Source: Adineta vaga (lineage: Eukaryota > Animalia > Rotifera). From it: DNA of 64,000 nt. The notes under the pieces are model-generated. The model was not told the DNA's origin, made no database searches, and saw only the letters and a program-made list of their open reading frames with translations. The stretch is from contig CP075496.1 in the NCBI GenBank assembly GCA_021613535.1, positions 248,001 to 312,000 of the forward strand. The letters run 5' to 3'. Positions 1-13,042 of the stretch are shown here, piece by piece. Position numbers and translations under genes: made by a program. Every line of letters begins with the position of its first letter. Position 1 is the stretch's first letter.

Positions 1-2187
1 CTCTAAATGCTTTTACTTATCTTTTCTTATTGATGCGAAGTATCAGTCATGAAAATGCATATATATCAACTTATGGAACAAATTATGAATATATTTCTCC
101 TTGGTTTTGGACCACAACTTATTATCCTTATATTCCTAGTAGAGCAATCATCTATGACAATAATTGTTCCTGTGGAATGTATTCAAATTGCACTACTCAA
201 GCTATTTTCATTGGACAACATGTGAAAGGTTTGAAAATGGGATGTACACCAAGTGAATCTTTACGTTTATCGACTCTCGAATGTTTTTATGATCAATCAT
301 GTATTAATTTGATCAATCCATTGAACTCTTCTATTCCTCTTTCAATGACAATGAGTCGATTCTTAATGAATACCACTGTGAATGAACTTATGAATGAACT
401 CTTTGTTGAACAATGGATATCATCAGTCAATTATTCATTATATTATGAACAATGTTTACCATTGTTATGTACTTATACTTATAATGAACAATTTAATGTA
501 CTTTATTTAGTAACAGTGTTGATTGGTCTTCAAGGTGGTTTAGCAATTGTTCTCAATTGGATTTGTCCAAAATTAGTTCGAATCATAGCAAAATTACATC
601 AAACTCGAAAGAAACGGACGAATAATGTTCAACCTAGTTCATCTGCTCCATCGAAAAATGTTCAAATCAGTAGTATTCGAATTAATAACTCTGGCAGTAA
701 TGTGTCAACATTACCAAATGTTGCATCCGAGTATGACTTCATTCTTTTCTCAATAATGTATGATGATTTTTGTTTTAGAAGAGTAACGGGATTACGTTGG
801 AAAATCATTTTAACATGTTTAGTGCTGCTGATGATCGCAGCAGGTCTAATTGTAATTTCAATTTATATAATTCAACAAAGAAAGAATAATACTATTTCAA
901 CAAGTATAAGATATTTTTCTTATGAATTATTTGTAAAATCCTTTGTTTTTAGCATTTGCATCAACTACAACAGTCAGTATTATGACAAGTACAATAGTTA
1001 CGAGTACAACAACAACATCTACAACAACACATGGTAATTATTTCTTAGGATAGATAATAAATACTATTTTCGTTTATTTATAGTATCTATTTGTCAATTG
1101 AAATTTCAATTAACAATTAATTATAGAACTGGTTCTACTGCTGGTCTTCAAGTCACCTGTCATTGGTGATTTCAATGGTGATCATTTACTTGACATTGCA
1201 TTTTTTAATTATTATACAAAAAGTATTCATGTTCTCATTGGTGATGGAAATGGAAATTATACTACAGAAATGAAAACATTAGTAGGAACATTTACTACTT
1301 GGTATTTTAGTATGGTCGTTGCTGATTTTAATAATGATAAACTACTTGATATTGCATTAACTAGTGAGAATAGAGCGTTTATCTACATGGTATTTGGAAA
1401 TGGGAATGGAACATTCAGATCATTAACAACATTCTATATGGGAAATACTACAAATCTTAGAGGAATTGTTGCTTATGACTTTAATGGTGATAATAATACA
1501 GATATTGCTGTTTCTGCTCCTGGTTTTAATATTATCATTGTATTATTGGGTGATGGAAATGGAACATTTCCTAACAAGACAACATATTATGCTGGACGAA
1601 ATGCTAATCCATCATCAGTTGATTTGGGAGATTTTAATAATGATGGTTTTATGGACATTTATTACAATAATATTGTCACCAAAAGTATTGGTGTTTTATT
1701 AGGTAGAAATGATGGAACATTTCAAGATCAGAAGGCATCTTTTGCTGGTGGTTATTATCAACCATCTTATATTGCTACAGGTGATTTTAATGGAGATCAA
1801 CGAGCAGATGTTGCAGTTTCTTATAGTGGTGGAAACAGAATTGGAGTGCTTCTAGGATATGGTAATGGAACTATGGGTCCAGTACAAAAATTTCCTACTG
1901 GAAATAAAACATATTATATTCGAATTGCTGCAAGTGATTTTAATAATGATGGAATTTCAGATATTGTCGTGAATCCTACTACAACATCTGTTATATATGT
2001 TTTAGTGGCATATGGTGATGGAAATTTTGATACACAAATGATATTTTCTACTGGATCGAAGGGAGGTTATACTTGGGTGGTTCCTGGTGACTTTAATAAT
2101 GATGGTTGTCAAGATATACTTGCAACAGATGATCAGGCTGGCGCCGTATTTGTTCTACTAAACACTTGTCAATGTCGAACAAATTGA
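1..2187 (+). CDS. 3' part of a spliced membrane protein: Cys-rich/TM repeat, TM, Thr-rich linker, FG-GAP/VCBS beta-propeller repeats
   Basis: Exons approx. <30-730, 779-903, 953-1033, 1084-2187 with GT-AG introns. Repeated GDFNxDxxxDI...LGxGNGTF motifs. Apparent +1 frameshift near 1147-1152. Confidence 0.8.
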
Positions 2188-2389
2188 GTCATTTATCAAT
2201 TTCACAAATAATGTTTATTGCAAAAAAAAGATTTTAATTCGACAAACAAATCATCCTTCCCTTTATATATGTTGTAGCAAGTCTTCATGCTTTATTTGAT
2301 GTTGTATTTTAGATTTTTAACTTTCCTATAATCTTTCTTTGCTTTATCAATCTTCAAATAAAATATTAAAACGAAGTGAATATCATTTA

Positions 2390-2700
2390 CAATTCCGGAA
2401 TATAGATTTTATGTTCATTCCGTTAGATCATAAAAACAAGTAACGCTGGTCGTGCCGACTCACATCTACAATATATCACGTATTTTCACACATATTCATG
2501 ATTTACATAATGAGAAAGTAATGAAAGAAAATTGGAAAAGATGATTTACTTGTATTTAATGTGAAAGAAGGTTGGGGGTCCATTATATAAATTTCTTGAT
2601 GTACCAATTACAGAAAATATTCCATTTCTAAATATTAATGATGCAACACAACTTCAACGTGTTTTTCTCATTAGTCAATTTGAAGGAACAATGTTAGTTA
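2390..2700 (+). pseudogene. Fragment of a P-loop sulfotransferase-family (Sulfotransfer_4-like) gene, C-terminal part
   Basis: Across two +1 frameshifts it reads HNEKVMKE/GKDDLLVFNVKEGWG/PLYKFLDVPITENIPFLNINDA, matching the family motif LLVFxVKEGWxPLCxFLxVPxP..PFPxxND. No 5' part is seen. Confidence 0.65.
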
Positions 2701-3022
2701 AGTATTATCATTCACATCTTTCATCGATTGGTGAATTAAATAAATAAAGACAATATTCCTCACATTCAGATTTTGAATTCAAAGTCGTCGTCTATATGAC
2801 ATCAGACGAAAAACCGAAAGAGTGAGAACGAAAACGTGTTTACTTATTATTGAGTAGTATAGATCCTTCATCTGATATATCCTTTTTTGACTATTCAACA
2901 CAAAAACAGTCGAGATGATCGAAGTAAGGAAAGATGTTCTTTGATAAGAAAAACTCAATCATAATAACATAGAGTCGCTTCATTATCAATATTTTCTTTG
3001 GTTGGTGTACGATCAGTCAATG

Positions 3023-3092
3023 TTGAGGGTGTGAGTGGTGTGGACGAAATTGACCTGTAAATGTTCTACCCACATCGTCGCCCATACTCTCA
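3023..3092. repeat. Telomere-repeat palindrome (degenerate copy)
   Basis: TTGAGGGTGTGAGTGGTGTGG ... CCCACATCGTCGCCCATACTCTCA. Confidence 0.65.
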
Positions 3093-3275
3093 CGCGGTTA
3101 CTGAACACTTTATAACAATATCGAAAATCGAAAGTTATTAAATCCGTTTGCTCAGCTTAACAAAGCAAATAATGCAGATTGCACTATGTCTAATATTAAT
3201 TATTATTTGTAATCTTGCTAGTATGCATGAACTATATACAAGTGATGAGTCAGTTATAGATTATTGAAATATAAG

Positions 3276-3698
3276 TCAATTTATGCTTTTTTTGAAAAAC
3301 CATTTCTGATGGTCACCATCGTTGCGAGCGAGTGGATATATTTGACCCTCAAAATTAGAGTCAAGTGCCAACGACGTTGCTAGATTTTGTAGTAGAATAT
3401 AGTTATTCTGGTCGCAATGTAATGACCATTTTTGATTGTGATTACCATTCCGAGTATGCGTGTACACCTTACAACCATTAGAATCTAATATCGAAGCAGT
3501 TGCTGTGTTTTCTAATAGACAATAACCATCATTCTGACATTCGAATTTCCATTGCTGATGCGCACCGCCATTCCAGTTACGGGTGTAAACACATTTTTCT
3601 TCGTTGCTGTCGAGTACTCTTTTTGTTGCTTTGTTCATCAGAAAACCAACTATTGGATCCGTAACATTACACAGCACGATTGCACCAAACGATGAATC
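3276..3698 (-). CDS. Ricin-B (R-type) beta-trefoil lectin, actinohivin-like; probably the last exon, start not located
   Basis: Three repeats of NxATxxxLDSNxxxxYxxxxNGxxHQxW. The ORF has no ATG; there is a possible acceptor AG at 3699-3700. Confidence 0.8.
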   Translation of the reverse strand, partial: DSSFGAIVLCNVTDPIVGFLMNKATKRVLDSNEEKCVYTRNWNGGAHQQWKFECQNDGYCLLENTATASILDSNGCKVYTHTRNGNHNQKWSLHCDQNNYILLQNLATSLALDSNFEGQIYPLARNDGDHQKWFFKKSIN

Positions 3699-4339
3699 TA
3701 ATCAAATAATGGCTCTATTCATTTTATATGAATTCAAAGGCTATGAAGCATATGGAGATCCCTGAGAAGTTAAGTCGTTTTTATTGAGCGTGGGTAAGTT
3801 ACGACCAACGTTTTTGAAACGTATATCGCAGCTCTCTAACTCATTCTATTGTTAAGATAATACAATATAAAAAAATTCATCAAATATTAAGTGGCGACTT
3901 CTGGAAAAGAAACAGTTTGTAGTAACGAATACGTCATTTTCGTTTAATTCACAGTAGAAACAATGAAAATCTTAATACAGATAGATCTATCCTGAAATAT
4001 CCTCAAAATTCTTTTTCGTTTTCATCTATTGAATAGACAATTTTCAATACGATGATAATGATGATGATGATGATGATGAACTTGGTACTCTTTATACTAT
4101 GTTGTCTTATGCTAAAAAGGATAATCGTCTCGCAGCCGATGGAACCAGTACCAAAAACTAAAAATTCTTTTCCAGTTCTATAAATACAAAAGCACATTGT
4201 CTGATATCAAATTGCTCTAGAAATATGAGCCAAAATCTATATTAGAGACATTATAATTTTGTAACTACTCTAGAATTATATCTCGATCGAAAATTGATTA
4301 AAACACATTATTAAACTAAAAGTTTAAAAGCAGTCATCA

Positions 4340-4434
4340 TCCTGAGGATGAGGCTGTAGGGGAAGACCCAGTCGGTAGGCAAGCACTGAAATGAGGGCCT
4401 GATATACTACGGTCGAAACACTACCTCCACAGGA
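4340..4434 (+). ncRNA. GC-rich multi-stem structure with a non-canonical hammerhead-like core
   Basis: Nested stems TCCTGAGGA/TCCACAGGA, GGCTG/CAGTC, GGTAG/CTACC, GGCC/GGTC. Core CTGAAATGAG..GAAAC. Confidence 0.3.
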
Positions 4435-4759
4435 AGGAATAACCAGGAATTACATGTGGTGCAATATGGATGGATTAACTTGGGAGCAGAAAGTATTCTT
4501 AAGTTTAACTTGATTATTCCACGCCCTGAAAACTGCTATGCGTTTGCGTAAAAATCACTCATAAGTCAAATATCAGTTGCATATGATCGGGCCAATAGAT
4601 CATATTACATTATACTGCAACATCGCGCACAAAGAAGAAGAACTATACAAATCATAATGAATAATTGACGTTATATATAAAATAAGAAAAAAATCCTTCC
4701 GCATGATTTTTTCTAGCTGCAGTATTTATTATATTCATAATAATTTTATAATAAAATAA

Positions 4760-7700
4760 TTAATTATCGATATTAGTTGCGACACGTCGTTGTTGCCATT
4801 TACGGATCATTTTTCGAATTAATTTGACAAAGCACGGAACCAAGAGTTGAAGAATACTCACAAGTCCACCGATTAAAGCAAATAATGTTGTAAATATATA
4901 TATAACATCATTTTTGTTTACATACGTATATTTACAATAGATCGGACGACATTGATCATAATAATTCGTATAATTAACTTTGCTAGTCCATTTTTCTATC
5001 ATTGCTTTGTCCATTATACTTCCAATTGTACTATTTATATCAAAATAGATTAATTTTGACAGATCAAGTGCTTGAGTACTGAAATTTTCATAGAAACCAA
5101 TAGCAGTACGAAGACCATCAATACATGTTTGATTAAAAAAACAAAATAAATTTGATTGTAACATCGCTTCGAATCCATAACATCCGATTACCATCCCTGG
5201 TATTTTGTATATCGGCACATTAGTATTATCAACAGTATGAACATATTGTTGTTCGATACAAATAGCTGAATCATGACATGAACATATGTCTATACCGTTA
5301 TCATAAGTTTTGTACCGAGGATTTATTGATCCAATAGAACCATTTGTATTTGTTTTATTATTTGTAATAAGACGAAGAGTAATACTAGACAATATTGATG
5401 AAATGAAACCATTACCTTGAATTGTATCTCGAATGATTCCAAATGAACGACTGAAACTGTAAGACATTGAAGTAATATAAAAATCAATACTGGCATTAGC
5501 TTGGATAAGTAATCTACTTTCAGAGAAAAGAGTATTTGAAATAAACGTACTCGAATTAAAATCAATGAGTGCATTAAAAATGTTGATTTTAGCCAGAGAA
5601 CAGACAGATGCAAGTGCACTAAATGTTGAATAGCCTCGTAAACGAAAATCTCGATTGTATATATAAAAATGTTGGTCTATTGTATTTGCAATACCAATAA
5701 GCCAACGTGCATCAATAAAATCACTCTGACAGACTTGATGAAATATTGGGATTAATGTAATAAACTTTTCTTGATCAATGCCAATATTTAAACAAGGACA
5801 AACAAGTGTTTTCGAATGTTTTTCATAGAGAGATGAATAATCTTCAAGTGAAGGTTGATCAATAGTAATTATATGTGTTACTGATACTTGAGATGTGTAA
5901 ATAAGAAGAATAATCATTGAAAGAAGTAACAAACAGATGAATAATCGTGTAGAAATAAGTTGATTTCTATGTCGATATTCATTGTCAACGTTGTCTGAAC
6001 GAAATAAGTTTAAATATCTAATACTATGAATAGCTTTTTGCATGAGATGTCGTAAACGAATCAACCGATCTATAAAAAACAGTAACATTTTTTTACAGTC
6101 AATTCTTCTCAAAGACTTACGAAGTTGTGAATCTTGTAAATTTCGACGATGTCTCAAAGATCGTACAAGAAATGGTACAACAATCCGTAAGACTTTCACT
6201 AATCCTCCAAACAGTCCGATTAGGGTAGTGATGATAACAATAAAAGGCGTTCTTATCGTCAATGTATACGAACATGAAGTTGAACGACATTTTTCATAGT
6301 AATTCTTATATGAATTATTCGACAACCATTGTTCGACTATAGCATTTTTAAAAAGATCATTAATTGTACTTGTTACATTATAAGTTTTAATATCATTCGG
6401 ATTAAGAGATTTTGTTTCGAATGATTTACTATAATTAAGATACAATTTAAGTAAATCAACGCATGATTGATTGAAATAACATTCCAAAGTTGATATCCGT
6501 ACTGCATCGTCAATGTAACAGCCAATATAAAATCCTGGTATTGTATATATCGGAAGGGCGTTTGTACTATTATAAAAAAATATCAATGCATTCATTGAAC
6601 ACATAGCAGATGAAAAACAACGACAAGTCTCATAAGGTAGTAATAGAACAGCTAATTCAAGTGATGGATATGTTCCCTGAAAGTAAGTTACAGAGTCTGT
6701 ATTTAATCCGGAAACGATCATATTGGAATGGAAAACTAAACGAATGGAATTCCAGTCATAAGAAAGCATTTTCGTTGTCGATTGAATGAATTCCATAATG
6801 AAATGTTGAACTTTTTCATAAAATAACTTTTCTGAAAGTAAATTAATTGAAATCATTTCAGTAGAGTTGAAAGTAATCAATGCATTAGAAATAAAACTAT
6901 TAGCAAGTGAACAAAATGAAGCCAAACTACGAAATATCAATGCAGCATGATAACGAAAATCATACGAAGTTAGAGTCATTCGAGATGAACCGTCATAATT
7001 TATCCAATCATCATTAACAAAATCACTCGTACAAACTGGATGGTAAATTGGTTTAATCCATAAAAAATCTTGATAATCATTACTAATTGATGAACATGGA
7101 CATGAGAGTCTTTCTTCATGTTGATTATATAACATCTTATAATCACTGAATGATGGATTCTCAAAAGTTATGGTTTGTGTGATGGTTTGTATCGCTGTAT
7201 ATGTGAGTAAAACAAGACAACCAACAAATAGTATAATAATGTAAGTAAATGTTGAAATTCTTTGTGTTTTTAATTCATATTCATCGATTGAGGGTGGCGA
7301 TGATGGAAATAGACGCAATGTTCGAATAAAATTGATCATTTTTCTAGCATAGTTTTGTAATTTCTGAACAAAAGGTACATTATTTCCAGGAACTAAAATA
7401 CAAATTTAATTCTCAATGAACGAATCGAGAATATCAAATTCACACCCTGTATCTTACCTCGTCGACGTCGTATAGTTTTAATAAGGATTGGCACGAGAAG
7501 ATAAAGCGTTTTATAGAGTCCACCAAAAAGACCCAATAATGCCGTAACGATATAAATGGCATTATTTTTTCCGACTTTCGTATAAGTACATTGACTTGGT
7601 TTGCATTCGTAATAGTATGATGAATAGGATATATTTTTAATCCATGATTCAGTCATAAGATTGCCTAAAAGTTCATTAATATTTGTTGTTATATTATAAC

Positions 7701-8706
7701 GACTTAGAATCGATACGTTGAGAGGTGTAACATGAAAAGATATAGATGATTGAATAAATTGATTTATTTGCTCAAGACACGCTTGACTGTACAAACACTG
7801 AAGATTCGATTGACGTACGGCTTCAACCAATAGGCAACCTTTATAGAGTCCCGGAACGATGAATACAACATCTCCAGTAATATTGTCGTGAATTTCTATT
7901 GGAGAAATGCATGTTGGGGTAACAGAGCAATCACACGTATATGGTTGTTTATAAATCGTTGGCTTGTAGATTACACGATGTCCAGAGAACAAGGGGATAT
8001 ATTGAGTGATTTCGAAATCAAAATTAGTAAGTAAACCCGAAACTAGACCATTTCCAAAAGCTGTATCACGTATAGAATTAAATGAATAAGCAAAGTTTTC
8101 GGCAGTAGTTTGTATATATAGATCAATAGATGATTGAGATTGATTATTTAATAGTTCTTGATACATCAATTCATTTGATATAAATCGGGTTGAATAAAAT
8201 TTTGGCAAACTGCTGTTAATCGAATCTTGAGCAAGACGACAAAACGAACTAAGAATTTGAAAGATTAAACTTCCAATAACTCGAAAATCTGATGATAAAA
8301 GATAAACAGAAGCAGCATTAAGATAAGATAACCAATTGTTTTTGACAAAATCACTCTGACAGACTTGATGAAATATTGGAATTAATGTAATAAACTTTTC
8401 TTGATCAATGCCAATATTTAAACAAGGACAAACAAGTGTTTTCGAATGTTTTTCATAGAGAGATAAATAATCTTCAAGTGAAGGTTGATCAATAGTAATT
8501 ATATGTGTTACTGATACTTGAGATGTGTAAATAAGAAGAATAATCATTGAAAGAAATAACAAACAGATGAATAATCGTGTAGAAATAAGTTGATTTCTAT
8601 GTCGATATTCATTGTCAACGTTGTCTGAATTTTCTATCGAATGATAAAGATTTAATTTACACAATGCACTATATGCAGTTTTAGATCGTTCACACAATGG
8701 AATCAT
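4760..8706 (-). CDS. Large multi-pass membrane protein with three tandem Cys-rich extracellular/TM units (rotifer-expanded family, function unknown)
   Basis: ORFs 7393-8706 and 4760-7339 join in frame through a phase-1 intron at 7445-7393. Each unit has TM-CPC-HxVCxSDF-CxC-PGxxxGC-SxLxCxx-W..Y..YY..C...C.Y-TM. Same unit as the 30-730 exon. Confidence 0.8.
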
Positions 8707-8980
8707 TGTGTTAGAAAATATGTAACATTCATTATGTTATCTGAATAGAATGAAAACAAAAATAACAGTAGCATATTGTACTAATTTAGTTGAGCAAAGA
8801 AAAGAGAGTGTAGGGAGAAAAATCATTGTTGAAAAATAAATCCTGATTCTATAAAATACCATATGGTTACATATAATAACTTTCACATTTCAGTAGCAAG
8901 CAGAAAAATACGTTCAACTGATCTTCAAATCATAGTTAAAGGGAAAACAATTTGATATATTTCATCTTTTCTCAAGAAAG

Positions 8981-9250
8981 TCATTTATGATTGTTCGATG
9001 TGATACCATTGATCATTGGTGGTGGAAATTGTTTCACAAAACAACAACGATTCTTTTTTGAAAACCAACATGAAGAACCATCACCTTGTTTACTTTCTTC
9101 AAGTTTAAAAGAACCTTTCGGACATGAATTATTCAACGAACAAAATGGAGCAGTTCCATACCATTGACATTCAATTATTGGTGATAAAGAAGATATAATA
9201 ACAAAAAACGATATCAGAATATACATTCGAAATAATAACGATGAAGCCAT
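8981..9250 (-). CDS. Small secreted Cys-rich peptide (WxGTAPxC motif)
   Basis: Hydrophobic signal peptide, then CQWYGTAPFC...CP...GDGSSCW...CC (6 Cys). Confidence 0.75.
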   Translation of the reverse strand: MASSLLFRMYILISFFVIISSLSPIIECQWYGTAPFCSLNNSCPKGSFKLEESKQGDGSSCWFSKKNRCCFVKQFPPPMINGITSNNHK

Positions 9251-9726
9251 TATAGATAGAAAAGAAAAAGAATAGATATTCTCCGCTTATTTTATATAAC
9301 AGTTAGAGAAAAGACAACATTGCCTTATCGTTATGTCGTTTATCTTAATTAATATAAATGTCATGAAAGAAAAACTATTCTATGTACAATTCGAAATTCA
9401 AATTGAAACTCTTTTTCCACGAAAACAATACAAACGTCAGAGGTTGCATTTATTGTGCATAAAAAAATCATTAATACGAGTCTCTAAAGAAACATTGGAA
9501 AGAAAACATTTTTTTCCAGTGCGTCATTGAAATAGAAAGATTTCTTAATCGCTTTAAATGACTAAACAAATATGCATTTGTTTTGTATTCTATCGTACAA
9601 TTCTGTTACTTCAGTTGCATTCTTTGGAAGAAAAAAGAAATCACCATTCGTACTATTTGCTTTTTTCTTTAACCTTGAAGAGCGAAACTCTACATATATC
9701 ATATTTAGAAGTTTAACAAGTAAGAC

Positions 9727-12405
9727 ATGACTACAGATTGTTTTTCATGTGGAACTAGTCTTGAGAATAGTAAGTATTTCTCAAAAGATGGTCATTCGTA
9801 TTGTATCAGCTGCTATGACATTCGATTTAGTCCAACGTGTATGAAATGTCATCAAAAAATAAAAAGTGAACAAAAGGTAATTACAATAATACTTTATACA
9901 GTTCACTATTATTAGTATTTTTCCTTAGTCATTTAGATCGAATAATAAAAATTGGCATAACAGCTGTTTTAATTGTACACAGTGTAACAAATCATTAGTT
10001 CACTTATCATCGACACCCTCCAAAAATGATCAGCCTTATTGTTCGGATTGTTATCAAATGAAATTTTTACCAAAATGTAACGAATGCGGAGAAACTATTA
10101 AATTCGGTAGAAGTATTGTATTTGTTAAATGATGAAATTTATTTTCTTTGTATATAGGTGAGACATCTGTAACAGTCGATGGAAACGACCTTCATATACG
10201 CTGTTTCAAATGCTCTTCTTGCAAGATAACATTGAATAATCAATTCTATTACAAACACAATGGTGCTTCTTATTGTCAAAAGTGTGACGATGAACAATTT
10301 TCTCCGAAATGTTCTCGATGTAGTCAAACCATTCCACGAGGTATTACAATATACCTGCTGTATTTAATGAACTTGAGCGGTTTCTGATTGATTTTTCCTA
10401 AGATATTTTCGAATGAGATTTGAAACAACAACTATAACACTTCATTGCTAATCATACTAAAGACTGAAAATATGTTTTTTACATAATAGGTACGAATTAT
10501 GCAAGAGTAGATGGTCAAAATATGCATTATAAATGTTTTACATGCTTTGCTTGTGGACGTACGATTGTAAGTAATTATCGAGAAAAAAATGGTCATCACT
10601 ACCATTCATACTGTGATGATATTCCTTATACTCCAATCACAGCTTTTTCTGAAGTACGTAGGATTTATTCATAGGAAAAGTTTTATAGTTTGTGATTTAA
10701 AAAAAATAATCATTCATTTTTTCAGTCCTCAAAAACAACATTTCAAAGCAAGTCGAATATAGAAACCTCAGTTGACTCTCCTCGACCTAAATCTAAACAC
10801 AAGCAGAAGTCAATACCATCTAATGTTTCTGGTAAGTAGATGTTTTCTTTCATTTAATCTATTCGAACTCATTTTCATCGTTATAATTACTTGTCTCTAT
10901 CATCAGAGAAAAACTTAACTTTTATACAAATGCCGAAGTTTTTTCTGTGAGAATACACATTTCGAAAATTTCCTGTTTGTTTCAATCCTTTTTTCGTCTA
11001 TATAATTAGAAGTATCAATAGAGTTCCGTGTTTCAAGAACTTACGGATACACAAATACTTGTACAACACGAATCCTATCGTATAGTGACTAGAAAAGTGA
11101 TCTCGTCAGTAGATTCGACTTACTGAGTTCTGTCTATACTAATGCAATTAATTTCCATTGAAGACTCTTCGCGGGTTTGTCTCAATACTCATTTAGCTGG
11201 GGAAAAATTAAAAAAATCGAGTGAAATGATAGTCGGTGTCTATAGTCAGACTCATGCTCATTGACATTCATCATCAAAAATAATGACAGAATAAGCTGAA
11301 AGCGCATATGTTTGAATATATGTGGTACAAAAGTTTAGCTTTATTCTTCATATTTGCATATTGTTGATTTATCGATTAATTATTTCTTCTTTTAGAAACT
11401 AGTGAGTTCTACAATGCCTGTCGAGATAATAGTATCGATTTAGTTAAAAAGAAATTGAACACAATGTCCATAGAAGAAATTAATCAAATCGAACCAAATG
11501 GATCAACAGCACTTCACGTGGCTTCGTATCGAGGATATGAGAAGATTGTTGCGCTATTATTAGAAAACGGAGCTTCTCATTCAGTAGTAAATAGATACCA
11601 AAATACTCCACTTGATGAAGCAAAAACGGAGAGAATCAGAACATTATTTCATAATCGAAGAAATAAAACTCGTTTTGTTAGTGATTCTATCGAATGGATT
11701 GTTTCAACAGATAATGCAGATTTTCAAGCAAATATATGTTTAAAAAAACTAGAAAAATATGGAAAAGATCCAGACGTTGGTCGAATGATTATTCATATCA
11801 AGGAAAATTACCTCCCAAAACTTCTTAAATATCCTGAAGATCTTGAAAAAATCGAAGAATATTTCGATATGGCGATAAATAAAAAAGATCCTCTACAAAT
11901 ATTAAAGGCTTACACTACTGATACTGGATTTTATTATTCACTCAATATTGATTTAGCAAAATTACATCTCGAGAATATTACTGAGAAGGAAAATGTTGAT
12001 CAAGCATATTATATTGGAATAATTGCACATCATCCTAAATTACAAAGATTTTCATATATTGGAACTGTATATCGTGGAATGATCATTACCAATGATGATC
12101 TTAAACAATACCAAATAGGTACAAAAATATTAACGAAAACATTTTCATCGGCATCGAAAAAACGAGATGTTGCATTAAGATTTCTTGATGAAAAGCTCGA
12201 AAGAAATTATCGATTGAATACAATATGTATTTATCAAGTACGAAATCATCGAACTGCATTAGATATTGAAGAAATTTCATTATTTAAAGATGAAGAAGAA
12301 GTGTTAATATTACCATTTTCAGCATTTAAAATTATTGATATTCAAAAGACACATCACAATTCACCTCAAGTTGAAATAACTTTAAAAGAATGCGAACCAT
12401 GGTAG
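9727..12405 (+). CDS. Fusion of 3.5 LIM domains, ankyrin repeats and an R-S-E mono-ADP-ribosyltransferase
   Basis: Exons 9727-9876, 9929-10106, 10158-10340, 10490-10653, 10726-10831, 11396-12405, all phase-compatible. LIM CxxC..HxxCxxCxxC..CxxC; ANK GSTALHVAS/TPLDEA; ART VYRG, FSSAS, EEEVL. Confidence 0.8.
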
Positions 12406-12831
12406 AAAATTTATGCTTTTTTTTCCCATTCTTATCAAAACGATTGAATTTTCCTCTAAGTTTTGTTTTTCTATTTTTTACTAAAGTCTCCTTCATTTAT
12501 TCATGTTCAAAGTTTTCTGTATCATGATTAGACATGCAACAGTAACGGTGGACTATATCGATTCACCACACGGCTCATCTAATTATTTATATCATATTAT
12601 TAGTTGATAACGAATAGTTTGAATCATTCATTTAATATGAACTGAAGTGCCTAACGAAATCTTGCTTATCTAAGACTACTCATCCATCCACAATGTTGCA
12701 TGTTGTGGAATTTCGTCGTGTTTGGAAGGAAATAGCTTTTTAAAATGAGACAAGATGCGAGGATGACGGCAGAGAATGTGATTCCATCATAGAATTCAGG
12801 ATTTGGTAAGAATTAAGTTCTAGTAATTTCA

Positions 12832-13042
12832 GAAGTGTGGTCATACATTTATCGATCGTTTGCCGACATCCACGACCACATCCATAATTTGATCAGTCAT
12901 TTGTTGTACATTCAGATGTACAACTTTTCTTATATCAATCTAAAAAGTCTATATAATTCCATACAACTATCGTTCAAGAAGGATGTGGGCGTTGGCAAAC
13001 GATAAACATACCGCCATAGCTCATGCATACCCACACTCTCAA
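12832..13042. repeat. Inverted pair of degenerate telomere-repeat palindromes
   Basis: TTTATCGATCGTTTGCCGACATCCACGACCACATCC (12848-12883) is an imperfect reverse complement of GGATGTGGGCGTTGGCAAACGATAAA (12981-13006). The second unit ends ACCCACACTCTCAA. Confidence 0.6.

Noticed and set aside
4380-4435. TPP riboswitch or twister ribozyme
   Set aside because: Partial word matches (CTGA..CTGAT; AAGC..GAGGG), but the required pairings and conserved residues are absent.
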